64,000 nucleotides of DNA from positions 32,001 through 96,000 of IMG/VR virus record IMGVR_UViG_3300037361_000044. One strand, 5' to 3'. Below, piece after piece: positions 28,107 through 36,605 of the stretch. Position numbers and translations under genes: made by a program. This DNA comes from a virus. Lineage: Duplodnaviria; Caudoviricetes. The notes under the pieces are model-generated. The model saw only the letters and a list, made by a program, of their open reading frames with translations, was not told where the DNA came from and searched no databases. Numbering within the stretch: position 1 is the stretch's first letter; each line of letters opens with the position of its first letter.

Positions 28107-28762
28107 TGCAGATGTTCCAGAAGAATCTGTGGATTGACACCAATGAGGAATATACCTTCAAGGTGTCCACTGACTCCAACGTTGTGAAAGTGCAGATTGG
28201 GCAGCTCTACATAGGCTGGGTCTCCAATGGCGACAGCTCTGGGGGCATGCCTGAAAAGGTGTCCACGGCAGCCAGGGCGTTCCTGTACGAAGTGAAGCCA
28301 GAGCTCGACCCTGCGGTCATCTTCAAGAGCAAGGAGGTTCCTCCGGCAGTTGCCGCTAAGCCCAAGCTTGGTGACTGCTGTGACGGCATGCGCTTAGTGC
28401 TGCCCCGTACCGAGCTGCTGCAGCACAAGCATGGTATCAGCATTCTGGAACTGATAAATACGGACACCGGTATCATCAAGCGGTACGTGTCCTTGAAGTT
28501 CCCCAAGAACCCAGACAAACTTGCCCCGCACGCCAAGACCACTACCATCGCTTTGAACTTCTGCCCCTTCTGTGGGGCGAAGCTCGAAGGTGAAAGCGAG
28601 GCTTCCTTTGAAGAAACAGAAGAGGATGCAGGACCTCCCGCCGAAGCTGCAGTACCTGCTGCAGAAGGCGATGGACGCCAAAAAGGAAAAGCGAGGGGTG
28701 GCGCTCGGAAACTTCCAACCAAACGAGGTAATACAACTGGGAGAAGCCGCAGTAAGAAATAG
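28106..28762 (+). CDS. hypothetical protein with CC...FCPFCG zinc motif
   Basis: TAATG coupling to the ligase. Confidence 0.6.
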   Translation: MQMFQKNLWIDTNEEYTFKVSTDSNVVKVQIGQLYIGWVSNGDSSGGMPEKVSTAARAFLYEVKPELDPAVIFKSKEVPPAVAAKPKLGDCCDGMRLVLPRTELLQHKHGISILELINTDTGIIKRYVSLKFPKNPDKLAPHAKTTTIALNFCPFCGAKLEGESEASFEETEEDAGPPAEAAVPAAEGDGRQKGKARGGARKLPTKRGNTTGRSRSKK

Positions 28763-28961
28763 GCTGCACCCCAAAGCGACGAAGGACGACATGCGTGCCG
28801 CCCTTGGTAGGTGCGGCATGCGCGTCAATGACATCTACTGCGAGATGGAGCAGCTGGTTGACCCAGACATGGATGAGAATGCGCAGGCAGCCGTTATTGT
28901 AGAGCTTCTATTCGAAGCATTCGATTCAGCATTGATGGACGTAATCGTCCACAAGTTGTGA
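28671..28961 (+). CDS. hypothetical protein
   Basis: Helical ORF; start uncertain (28626 or 28671). Confidence 0.5.
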   Translation: MDAKKEKRGVALGNFQPNEVIQLGEAAVRNRLHPKATKDDMRAALGRCGMRVNDIYCEMEQLVDPDMDENAQAAVIVELLFEAFDSALMDVIVHKL

Positions 28962-29145
28962 GGCAGCATGTCGTGTGCAGATACCGCAAGAGAAAAGGTC
29001 CGTGAGTGCGCGGACAACCTGATGAAGGAAGCAAGGCGCATTGGGATTCTGCGTAGCGTGGAGGCCACAGAGGCCTCGCGCTGGCTGGATGGTATCGCCG
29101 AGCAGTTACGAGCGGCCTGCGAAGAGCCGGCATAGGAGACCACCA

Positions 29146-29433
29146 ATGATTCAGCCGTACGTGGAGGCAAAAGACTTACTAGCAGGAATGACCATAAGGT
29201 GGAACGAGGGGCGGCTAGAAAGAAAGCAGCGGCGCGCCCTGGTCATGTCCGTTGAGTACACCAAGACATCCCGTCTCATAGAGGAGTTTATCCACGTCGA
29301 AGAGAACGTGCGGGTGAAACTGCTCAGAGAGGATGGAACCACCACGACTACGCACTTTCAGCCAAACGTGGCCATTGACCAGATGGCCCCAATTACGATG
29401 CCAGGGAAAGCACAAGATGAAAATAACGGATAA
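29146..29433 (+). CDS. hypothetical protein
   Basis: AGGAG RBS, ATG 29146. Confidence 0.55.
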   Translation: MIQPYVEAKDLLAGMTIRWNEGRLERKQRRALVMSVEYTKTSRLIEEFIHVEENVRVKLLREDGTTTTTHFQPNVAIDQMAPITMPGKAQDENNG

Positions 29434-29788
29434 AGCCTTGTACGTGGCCTACGCCTCGGCGTTGAACCGCCTGCACAAGTGGCGGAAGATCTTTGTAAGC
29501 TGGCAGCTAGGCACACGCACCGACAAGGACGGTGAGGCTCTGGCTCTGGCAGACCATCGCTCATTGTCTTTGCTGCTACGGTCGGAGGTCAACGCCGTGA
29601 CTGCACTTCTTGTCAAGAAGGGTGTCTTCAACGAGGAGGAGTTCACCACGCAGATCATCGAGGAAGCCAAGCTCGTGGACAAGGAGCTGGAGGCTCGCTT
29701 CCCTGGCGTACGCGCTGTTGGAGACGGCTTGGTCATCGACGTGGAGAAGTTCAAGGATACAGCTAAGAAGTTGCACTTCCCGCCATGA
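29417..29788 (+). CDS. WQLGTR-motif phage protein (paralog of 24256..24633)
   Basis: WQLGTR..DGE...LEARFPGVRAVGDGLVID. Confidence 0.75.
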   Translation: MKITDKALYVAYASALNRLHKWRKIFVSWQLGTRTDKDGEALALADHRSLSLLLRSEVNAVTALLVKKGVFNEEEFTTQIIEEAKLVDKELEARFPGVRAVGDGLVIDVEKFKDTAKKLHFPP

Positions 29789-30003
29789 GTGACGTCTACC
29801 CACGTAGGTTTCAGCCAACTATAACGGCGGAGCGATACCACCGTATGTGCGCTGCTTTCACGGCGTTTTGCTACGAGTGCGGGAAGGTGAACGACGGGGT
29901 AGCCCCGGACACGGAGGAGGCCGACTGCGTCCACTGCTTTGCCAGGGAGGTGGTTGGTACATCGCAAGCAGCAAATGAAGGCAGCCTCAAAGTAGAGGGC
30001 TAG
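29785..30003 (+). CDS. small zinc-ribbon protein
   Basis: FCYECG...PD...CVHC. Confidence 0.65.
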   Translation: MSDVYPRRFQPTITAERYHRMCAAFTAFCYECGKVNDGVAPDTEEADCVHCFAREVVGTSQAANEGSLKVEG

Positions 30004-30037
30004 GAAAAAGGCGGGGAGCAATCCCCGCTTTTCCTTA
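29997..30037. terminator. bidirectional intrinsic terminator
   Basis: AAAAAGGCGGGGA-gcaa-TCCCCGCTTTT; minus tail TTTTTCCTAGCCC. Confidence 0.8.
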
Positions 30038-30042
30038 CCACC

Positions 30043-30288
30043 CTATCCGGTGGCTTGCATCGGCGGCTCTGACCAGTGCTCGAGCGGAGGCTCGAGGCAC
30101 TCAAGGTACTGCGCGTCGCTGCAGATGTTGCCAAGGATGGCCAGTGCGTTCTCTGGGCTCGGGTTCGTCAGGAAGGCAGTGCAGAGGTCGATGAGCTCTG
30201 CGTCTTTCTTCACGTATGCGTTTGGACCGATCTTTCCCAGCATGCGAACGCACGCGCCTTTTGAAACTCGTTCTATTGCTGTCCTCAT
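30043..30288 (-). CDS. hypothetical protein
   Basis: 81 aa, ends before the terminator. Confidence 0.55.
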   Translation of the reverse strand: MRTAIERVSKGACVRMLGKIGPNAYVKKDAELIDLCTAFLTNPSPENALAILGNICSDAQYLECLEPPLEHWSEPPMQATG

Positions 30289-30747
30289 GGCGCCCCCTTC
30301 TCTCTTGTTGTGTAATAGAGCCCGTTCTTGAGTACGACACGGCCATCTGCTTCCAGATGATCAAGTGCCAGCTGTGCTGCACGTGGTGCGATGCGGTCTG
30401 CTTGTACAGGTCCAGCGGCTTCCGCGACCCAAGCTCGATGGTGGTGAGTAGGACCTCATCGCTGAAGCTGGTAGCTGGCTTGATGGACTTCGTCATCCGG
30501 AATGGCTCAACAGGCTGAAACGTATTGCTTACTTGGCTTTCCACGTTACTTCCCCTCCTCGGTTGTGTTTAGTTTGACAGCAGGCATGAAGCCGCTCACC
30601 TTCAGGCTGAGCGTTCTGGCGCGAAGCATAGACGACTCGCTTATACGCTACTGCGCGCGCAGGATGGCGGCATCGGCGTTGTTCAGGTGGCCTCTGGCGC
30701 TGTCTGGTATTACCTCTTCGTTTGGCATGATGTGTCCCCTTACCTTA

Positions 30748-30776
30748 CTTATCCCCGAAACCGACTCAGGATTGCC
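30748..30776 (-). promoter_or_regulatory. class A promoter GGCAAT-N15-GGGATAAG
   Basis: Recurrent motif. Confidence 0.7.
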
Positions 30777-30781
30777 TTCAA

Positions 30782-31342
30782 ATGGAAAAAGTCAGTGACC
30801 CAGTTGTCCGTAGCGCGTTGAAGACCCTGCTCATCCAGGGAGGAGCTGGTTGCAATGGAACGCGACTGATCGATGAACTTACCGTGGCCAGTGTAGGCGG
30901 GCGCATAGACGTGACCGTAGTTGGAAAGGAGCTGCACGGGTACGAGATCAAAAGTGACGTCGACAAGCTTGTCCGCTTGCCCAAGGAGGCGGAGAACTAC
31001 GCCAAGGTGATGGACCTGCTCACGCTTGTGGTGACCACAAAGCACCTCGAAGGAGCGATGGCCATGGTGCCCTACTTCTGGGGCGTGCAGGTGTTTGAGA
31101 AGGATGGGCATCTACGTACCATCCGAAAGGCAAAGCCACACACGCGTCAAGAGCTCCCCGCCATGGTGGGTCTTTTGTGGAGGCCCGAGGCGTTGAAGCT
31201 GCTGGCAGAGTGCGGGGTTACGAAAGGCCTGAAGACCAAGCCCAAGTGGGCGCTTTATGAGAAGCTACTGTCCATTTGCACCATGGACCAGGTCCGTGCT
31301 GCGCTGGTGGAGCAGTTCAAGAGGTACGATGACCGTCGTTGA
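30782..31342 (+). CDS. sce7726-family PD-(D/E)xK-fold protein
   Basis: GRIDVTVV..LHGYEIKSDVDKLVRL...YAKVMD. Confidence 0.8.
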   Translation: MEKVSDPVVRSALKTLLIQGGAGCNGTRLIDELTVASVGGRIDVTVVGKELHGYEIKSDVDKLVRLPKEAENYAKVMDLLTLVVTTKHLEGAMAMVPYFWGVQVFEKDGHLRTIRKAKPHTRQELPAMVGLLWRPEALKLLAECGVTKGLKTKPKWALYEKLLSICTMDQVRAALVEQFKRYDDRR

Positions 31343-31461
31343 ATGCATGTACTGGTGGTACGGGGCCGCCTGGGGAGGATCCGTTGGAATCCTACTAATG
31401 CTGGGGATTGCCATGCTTTGGCGGGGACACTAAAGGCCTGTCGCATGGCCGGCACTTCTTG

Positions 31462-31470
31462 TGCTACCAT
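31462..31470 (+). promoter_or_regulatory. class B extended -10 TGCTACCAT
   Basis: TGnTAnnnT upstream of a GGAGGAG RBS. Confidence 0.55.
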
Positions 31471-31488
31471 CCTGGGAGGAGTTACCGG

Positions 31489-32028
31489 ATGCCTCTCTTC
31501 TTCGACGCCACCATCAGCAACTTGCACAACGTCATCGTGAGCCGTCTACAGAGCAATGATGGCGGCTTCGAACCCATCCCTCTTAGCGGGGCCTACTGCC
31601 AGAGTGCCACGCTATGGGACTTGTCCAATGCCAACCAGCGAAGGTTCTGGAGTCAGGTGGAAAGCAATGGATCCGAACTACCCTTGGTGTTTGAGATACA
31701 GCCCCACTATGGGCGGCTAATCACAACTGCGCTGGTACGCGTTGCTGGAACTGGATACACGGTCATGCCCACGTGGATGCCTCGCATCCAGGTCTGGAGT
31801 ATGAACGCGTCCACCAGCACGTACGGTACTGCTTGGACAAACGAGGAAGAGACCATAGACCCTTCCACCACGGTTGGGGAATACAGCACGCTGCACTACA
31901 TCGCGGCCTCGCCCAACCTGGTTGCTAGTTACAACATGCGCTACGCCGTGGCTGTGTTTGCGGACATGTCGTCCACGCACAATATGTTCATCGAGGGCAT
32001 TCAGATAGGATACGCGTTCACGGCATAG
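31489..32028 (+). CDS. beta-rich protein resembling a tail-fibre distal domain
   Basis: 179 aa, S/T/Y-rich, with its own promoter and terminator. Confidence 0.55.
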   Translation: MPLFFDATISNLHNVIVSRLQSNDGGFEPIPLSGAYCQSATLWDLSNANQRRFWSQVESNGSELPLVFEIQPHYGRLITTALVRVAGTGYTVMPTWMPRIQVWSMNASTSTYGTAWTNEEETIDPSTTVGEYSTLHYIAASPNLVASYNMRYAVAVFADMSSTHNMFIEGIQIGYAFTA

Positions 32029-32056
32029 GGCTAAGGAAAAGGGGCTTTTGGCCCCT
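32027..32056. terminator. intrinsic terminator
   Basis: AGGGGC-ttttg-GCCCCT; minus tail TTTTCCTTAGCCC. Confidence 0.75.
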
Positions 32057-32063
32057 CCTCCGA

Positions 32064-32285
32064 CTATCTTGTTCTGAGCTCCCAGGCGATGGCTTCCTCT
32101 TTGGCCGTCGCTTTCTTTTTTAGCTCCTCGATAGTCTCTTTGAGGTACTCATTCCGCAGCTCCAAGTAGTGCGACCTATTATGGTACGGCAGCCCTTGTA
32201 GCTCCTCCTCGTTGGACCCCAGCTCTGCTTCGAGCAGCGTCAACTGCTTCTTGATTTCCTTCAGCTCTGCTTCGTGCGTAGCCAT
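32064..32285 (-). CDS. coiled-coil hypothetical protein
   Basis: 73 aa. Confidence 0.6.
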   Translation of the reverse strand: MATHEAELKEIKKQLTLLEAELGSNEEELQGLPYHNRSHYLELRNEYLKETIEELKKKATAKEEAIAWELRTR

Positions 32286-32304
32286 CTGCGTACCTGTGTC
32301 CTTC

Positions 32305-32571
32305 CTAGGTCAGTCTGTAGCGGAGCAGCGTGCTCCCTCGCTTGTCCTCGTCTTCTTCAATGCCCTTCGGTAGAACCCACTCGAGACCGTCATTGGTCTC
32401 AACCAGTCGTGCCAGGATGAATTCTGCATCGGCGTGGCTCAGGCTTGGATCCTTCTCTCGAAGAAACCTGCAAAGCGTGTCTTCTCGGCGCCACCGCCCC
32501 TGCCCAATGTGCTTCTTCAGCAGCATAATCAGGCGGTACCTGGTCACTTGATGTCCTTGTAGATGGACCAC
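32305..32571 (-). CDS. hypothetical protein (winged-helix-like; start uncertain)
   Basis: ORF in the minus-strand run. Confidence 0.45.
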   Translation of the reverse strand: MVHLQGHQVTRYRLIMLLKKHIGQGRWRREDTLCRFLREKDPSLSHADAEFILARLVETNDGLEWVLPKGIEEDEDKRGSTLLRYRLT

Positions 32572-32876
32572 ACCAATGCCCAGAAGCTGGAGCCAAGCAT
32601 GAAGCCAAGCAGGAACACCATGAGCTGGGCCTGTCTGGTGAACGTGTTCATCTCCTTTTTGATGCCGTTGCGTAGGTTGCTGAAAGCGTGGTCAGCCTCT
32701 TGTGGTTCACAACGCAGGCACTGGTACCCGGCGCTGATGTCACCAGTTCCCCACCTGCAGTGGGGGCATACTGGCTTGGAACAAGTGACACAGACTGCCA
32801 GGTCCCATGTGCTACCGCATTTGTGACAGGCAGTAACAAGACAGGCTCCTGGTCGGACGATCCAGAGCAGCATCAG
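32544..32876 (-). CDS. Cys-rich zinc-finger protein with C-terminal TM helix
   Basis: CHKC..CVTC..CPHC..CLRC plus a hydrophobic tail. Confidence 0.55.
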   Translation of the reverse strand: MMLLWIVRPGACLVTACHKCGSTWDLAVCVTCSKPVCPHCRWGTGDISAGYQCLRCEPQEADHAFSNLRNGIKKEMNTFTRQAQLMVFLLGFMLGSSFWALVWSIYKDIK

Positions 32877-33247
32877 GAACCGGCCTTGGTCTTGCGTAGG
32901 TTGAATTCTACAACCCTCGCATGTTCCTGCATGGCTCCGAGCCATTCCTGCTCATCCGAGCCCATCAAGATCGGTGAGGTGTAGTTGATGAGTTTCCCGT
33001 GATAGATGTACTGGCAGTCGATGGCGTCGCCCCAGAAATGCAGTCGCCCATCGGCGTCTACGCGGGCGTACCAGCGCTCTCCGTGGATGTTGGTGAACAG
33101 CGAGCTGAAGACCACGGGGTCTTCTGGCTTGGGCTCCTCCCTCCAGGCCGGGTTGAGTCCGGTGTCTCTTCGTCGTCCTCTCGGTAGCTTCTCCATGAGT
33201 TCACTCCTGATTTGAATCTGGCGGCCGGTGGGTGTATCCTCTGGGGC

Positions 33248-33529
33248 ATGGCCGAAATGACCCCAGACTTGGCAGCAGTGACTGCCAACGCGTTCTATGA
33301 CGAGCTCTCGAAGTTGGCTGCGGCTGGCGCCCTCGGTAAGTTCTGGGATGGCGCCAAGCACGAGCTAGGACCAGCCATGGGAGCCGTGGGCGGGGCTGGT
33401 GTTGCCAAGATGGTCGGTGTTGACCCTCTGGCGGGCGCTGCCGCCGGCTACGGTCTTGGCGCGACCGGCGACATCGTGAAGGCCATCAAAGAGAAGCGAC
33501 TGGCCAGAACCCTAGCCAGTCACCCCTGA
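33248..33529 (+). CDS. small glycine-zipper protein
   Basis: AFYDELSKLA followed by GxxxG repeats; TTGAAT-N17-TATCCT promoter 7 nt before ATG. Confidence 0.65.
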   Translation: MAEMTPDLAAVTANAFYDELSKLAAAGALGKFWDGAKHELGPAMGAVGGAGVAKMVGVDPLAGAAAGYGLGATGDIVKAIKEKRLARTLASHP

Positions 33530-33794
33530 GGGATCTAGCGGTCCTTCCAGCTGGCTCCTTGGATAGCCGCGCAATCGGAACACATGGGGTGTTGGCTGTG
33601 CTCTTCCTGCTGGGCAACGGTGACGTCAGCCCCACATTGGGTCTCGGCCACGTAGTCAGCGCGAATCTCTAGCACCAGGTGCCAAACCCCATCGGAGCAC
33701 AGCAGGTAACGCTTGCCCTTCCATCCGGGTACGAACTCGCCGAGTGGAAGTTGTAGTTGCCGCTGGTCGACAGCGGCCTTCTTCTTTTTTGGTC

Positions 33795-34019
33795 TCAGGG
33801 TGACGTCCACAGCATAGCTCCTTCTTTTCGGCAGACAGCAGCGTCTGCACGGCATTCATCGTTGCACTTGAGGTGGTTCATCGAGCCCACCTGGTTCTTG
33901 GAACTGCAGTGTTGCTCGCAGCGTTGTTCACGTGCACGGCATACATCGTTCGGCGCCGCGAAGCTAGAGCTCGCCAGCAGAAGGTATGCGCAGCTCAGGA
34001 TCCTTGAGTGTTTTGGCAT
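33795..34019 (-). CDS. small secreted Cys-rich protein
   Basis: Signal-like AYLLLASSSFA, then six Cys. Confidence 0.55.
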   Translation of the reverse strand: MPKHSRILSCAYLLLASSSFAAPNDVCRAREQRCEQHCSSKNQVGSMNHLKCNDECRADAAVCRKEGAMLWTSP

Positions 34020-34500
34020 AGACTCCTTTGTCAATGAATGTTTGTACTAGCTCAGCGTATTGTTGAAGCACCTCACGCCCTATGCCCTCGTTGTGTAGAA
34101 GGTAGGCCATGCGCGAGGCCAAGTACAGCAGCTGCCGCAGCGGTGGGTCCACGCAGGCGGGGCAGTCCACCCCAAGCACCTCTCCCAGTGCCGCGGTCAT
34201 ATCCACGGTAAGCGGCACACCACGCGGCGACGTTAGCTCGTACAAAGCTTCTCGCACCTTGCCCGTGTAGCGCTTCTCTTCGTACTGACGCACTGTGCGC
34301 AGGTGAGTGCCATATTCGTTGGTACTCTCCTTGCCCACCGGGTAGTTTCCGCCAACATCGAAGACGTGCTTACTGGCGGTAGTAACCAGCGTGCGCCCGA
34401 CTTTAGCTATGGTCGTATGTAGCACCCGGTCAGCCGCGTTGTTGATGTTGTACCGAAGCACAACCACTTCCATGCCTACAGGCCAGTCAGCTATCGGCAT
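33964..34500 (-). CDS. hypothetical protein (beta-barrel type)
   Basis: TIAKVGRTLVT motif; 178 aa. Confidence 0.6.
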   Translation of the reverse strand: MPIADWPVGMEVVVLRYNINNAADRVLHTTIAKVGRTLVTTASKHVFDVGGNYPVGKESTNEYGTHLRTVRQYEEKRYTGKVREALYELTSPRGVPLTVDMTAALGEVLGVDCPACVDPPLRQLLYLASRMAYLLHNEGIGREVLQQYAELVQTFIDKGVYAKTLKDPELRIPSAGEL

Positions 34501-35050
34501 TGCTGAGTCCCTTCACGAGTGAGGCCACATCGTCGTATGGCGCTGGACCGAAATCCCATGCGTCCACTCCGAGGCTGATTGAGGCCGGTCCTGTGACCTT
34601 TGTCGTTGCGTGGCTGTGCCCGTGCAGCAGAATCTCTCCCTTGTGCCTACGAGGCCGAAGAGCCTTGTACTTGTCGGGCTTCTCCACACTGGCTGTCTTG
34701 TACGGGTAGTGGCTGAGGCGGCAGGGTACTTCGCCGATCTGCATGACCGCTTCGTGAAGCACTAAGCTGAACCCCATCGAGGCCATGGTTGTGTCTCCTT
34801 GGTCGTGGTTGCCCACGATGAGAATTTTGTAGCCGCAGAGCTCGGTGAGCATGTTTCTGTATCGTTCGGTGTCTCCTTTGAAGAAGCAGTCGCCAAGCCA
34901 GACAACTGTGTCATCTGGCCCGACCATACGATTGTAGTTGTCGGCTAGCGTCAGGTTCATCTCCTCAATGTCAGAGAAGGGTCTGTTGCAGTAGCCGATG
35001 ATGTTTGCGTGAGCAAAGTGTGGGTCTGAGAAGAAGGCTTTGATCTTCAT
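34487..35050 (-). CDS. calcineurin-like metallophosphoesterase
   Basis: SDPHFAH, LGD, GNHD, SHYP, LHGHSH, GVDAW. Confidence 0.92.
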   Translation of the reverse strand: MKIKAFFSDPHFAHANIIGYCNRPFSDIEEMNLTLADNYNRMVGPDDTVVWLGDCFFKGDTERYRNMLTELCGYKILIVGNHDQGDTTMASMGFSLVLHEAVMQIGEVPCRLSHYPYKTASVEKPDKYKALRPRRHKGEILLHGHSHATTKVTGPASISLGVDAWDFGPAPYDDVASLVKGLSNADS

Positions 35051-35307
35051 GCTGACTTTGGTTGCATCCCATAGGTGCGTTGAAAGAGGATGTGCTTTAC
35101 GATCATGCGCGCGCGGATGAGGCCCTTGTCCCCTTCGATGAACTTCTTCTTCACCGCATCAAAGGGAAGTCCTGCGGCGGTTGCTACGATGGTTAGGTAG
35201 AAGTCTCTATTCTCTAGGACCTTCTGTGGTGCGATGTCTGCGTCGTAGGCTGCTTTCAGCAGCAGTTGCTGGTCAATAGAGGCCTCAGAGTCTATGTTGA
35301 CTTTCAT
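35047..35307 (-). CDS. small protein resembling an isolated PolA fingers/motif B segment
   Basis: DFYLTIVATAAGLPFDAV...RMIVKHILFQRTYGMQP. Confidence 0.5.
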   Translation of the reverse strand: MKVNIDSEASIDQQLLLKAAYDADIAPQKVLENRDFYLTIVATAAGLPFDAVKKKFIEGDKGLIRARMIVKHILFQRTYGMQPKSA

Positions 35308-35326
35308 GGCGGGTTCATCCACCTCT

Positions 35327-35355
35327 CTTATCCCCGAAAGGGTGCTACCCTTGCC
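35327..35355 (-). promoter_or_regulatory. class A promoter GGCAAG-N15-GGGATAAG
   Basis: Recurrent motif. Confidence 0.7.
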
Positions 35356-35357
35356 CT

Positions 35358-35630
35358 ATGTCCGGCAAGCTCATTGAACTTCCCCGCAGACTCGAGTGGA
35401 AACCGATTGAGACCTGGATCGGACGGGTCAAGGGCACGGGCCTGTGCACGAAGGTCTCGGAGAAGCTCGAGGGTGCTGGCTTCGTATGGGAGGCGTGGAG
35501 TGGCTGCTCACTGGTTGCTGCCGGGGAAGCTCCAGACATGCTTGCGGGGCGTAAGGCCGCGGAAGAAGCTCTGGAATCGGGAGTGGTGGTTGTGCGCCCC
35601 TTGCCTTCCTCGAACAAGGGCGTACCTTGA
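35358..35630 (+). CDS. hypothetical protein
   Basis: 90-aa ORF filling the gap. Confidence 0.5.
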   Translation: MSGKLIELPRRLEWKPIETWIGRVKGTGLCTKVSEKLEGAGFVWEAWSGCSLVAAGEAPDMLAGRKAAEEALESGVVVVRPLPSSNKGVP

Positions 35631-35682
35631 TTGGTGATGGATGGGGATGCCGCAGTCAGTGGCACTCCATCTGTCCCGTTTT

Positions 35683-35711
35683 GGGGGCTACAAGAAAGCG
35701 GGTTTCCCCGC
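35683..35711 (-). terminator. intrinsic terminator
   Basis: GCGGG hairpin plus TTTCTTGTAGCCCCC. Confidence 0.65.
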
Positions 35712-35720
35712 CTCCCTGCA

Positions 35721-35936
35721 TCAAGACTTGCTGCGAGCATGCCGCCGTGGCGGCCGTTCGAAGCTGGCTCCGCACCAAGGACAGAACTTCACAGCCACCT
35801 ACTCAATGGCGTAGCCCCGTATCACAGCTCCGCTTCCCCAATCCTCTGCCAGAAGTTGTACGTGCTGATGATATGGAAAAGGGCTGGGTGTATCGGCTAG
35901 GCGTAGGTACTTCTTTCCCGATTCACAGCAGTCCAT
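35721..35936 (-). pseudogene. CC...FCPWCG zinc protein interrupted by an in-frame TAG
   Basis: MDCCESG...GYAIE*VAVKFCPWCG; TAG at 35799-35801. Confidence 0.6.
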
Positions 35937-36183
35937 GTTGTTCCGTCGGTAGGGTGATGTCCACTAGGTCCAGGTCGAAAGTGGTGAGCTTGGTGCGCAC
36001 GCAGCTGGCGTTCAGGTCGTCCCAGGTGAGGCCTTCGCCATGCCCGTGCGTGGGTTGGTCACACCTGGAGGCACACTCGGCAGCATGGGCACAGGATTGC
36101 CGCTTCTCTTTGAAGTTCCCAACGCACTCGGGTGCGGTGTAGGAGAAGAGTAGTCCAAGGCAGTGTGGCTTCTGCGAGTTCAC
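35923..36183 (-). CDS. small Cys-motif protein
   Basis: PHCLGLLFS....ECVG..C.....C, shared with 36602..37696. Confidence 0.6.
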   Translation of the reverse strand: MNSQKPHCLGLLFSYTAPECVGNFKEKRQSCAHAAECASRCDQPTHGHGEGLTWDDLNASCVRTKLTTFDLDLVDITLPTEQHGLL

Positions 36184-36605
36184 AGCTCCACCTCGCTGAC
36201 CAGCTCAACTATGCTGGCTGCTGCCGTGCTGCTGAAGTCCCAGAGTGCATCTCGACGCTTCTGGTGCTGCACAGGGTCAAGTCCTCGAGGACGTACAGCA
36301 GCCGTGGTGATCCAGGAGCGGGCGGCCTCGAGCGCCTCATCCAGGTCTGAGCAGTGTCCGTGAGTACCAGCGCGATCCTTCTCCCACAGCCTTGCGTCGG
36401 CCACGGCCCTGGCCAGGATGTAGTCCCTTGACTCCCCTTTGAGCTCCTTGGCCACCACCGCCAAGTAGCTTCGAACGTAACCGACCAGCATGTACTTCAG
36501 GGAAGCACTGTGCCAAGCGTCTGTGAGCTCGCTCGCGGTTAGTTCACTCGGTGTCCCCGCTATAGGTCGTAGAGTCTTGCGTGTCTGCAGGTCTGAGTCG
36601 GTCAT
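36180..36605 (-). CDS. hypothetical protein
   Basis: AAGGAG RBS after a class A promoter. Confidence 0.65.
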   Translation of the reverse strand: MTDSDLQTRKTLRPIAGTPSELTASELTDAWHSASLKYMLVGYVRSYLAVVAKELKGESRDYILARAVADARLWEKDRAGTHGHCSDLDEALEAARSWITTAAVRPRGLDPVQHQKRRDALWDFSSTAAASIVELVSEVEL

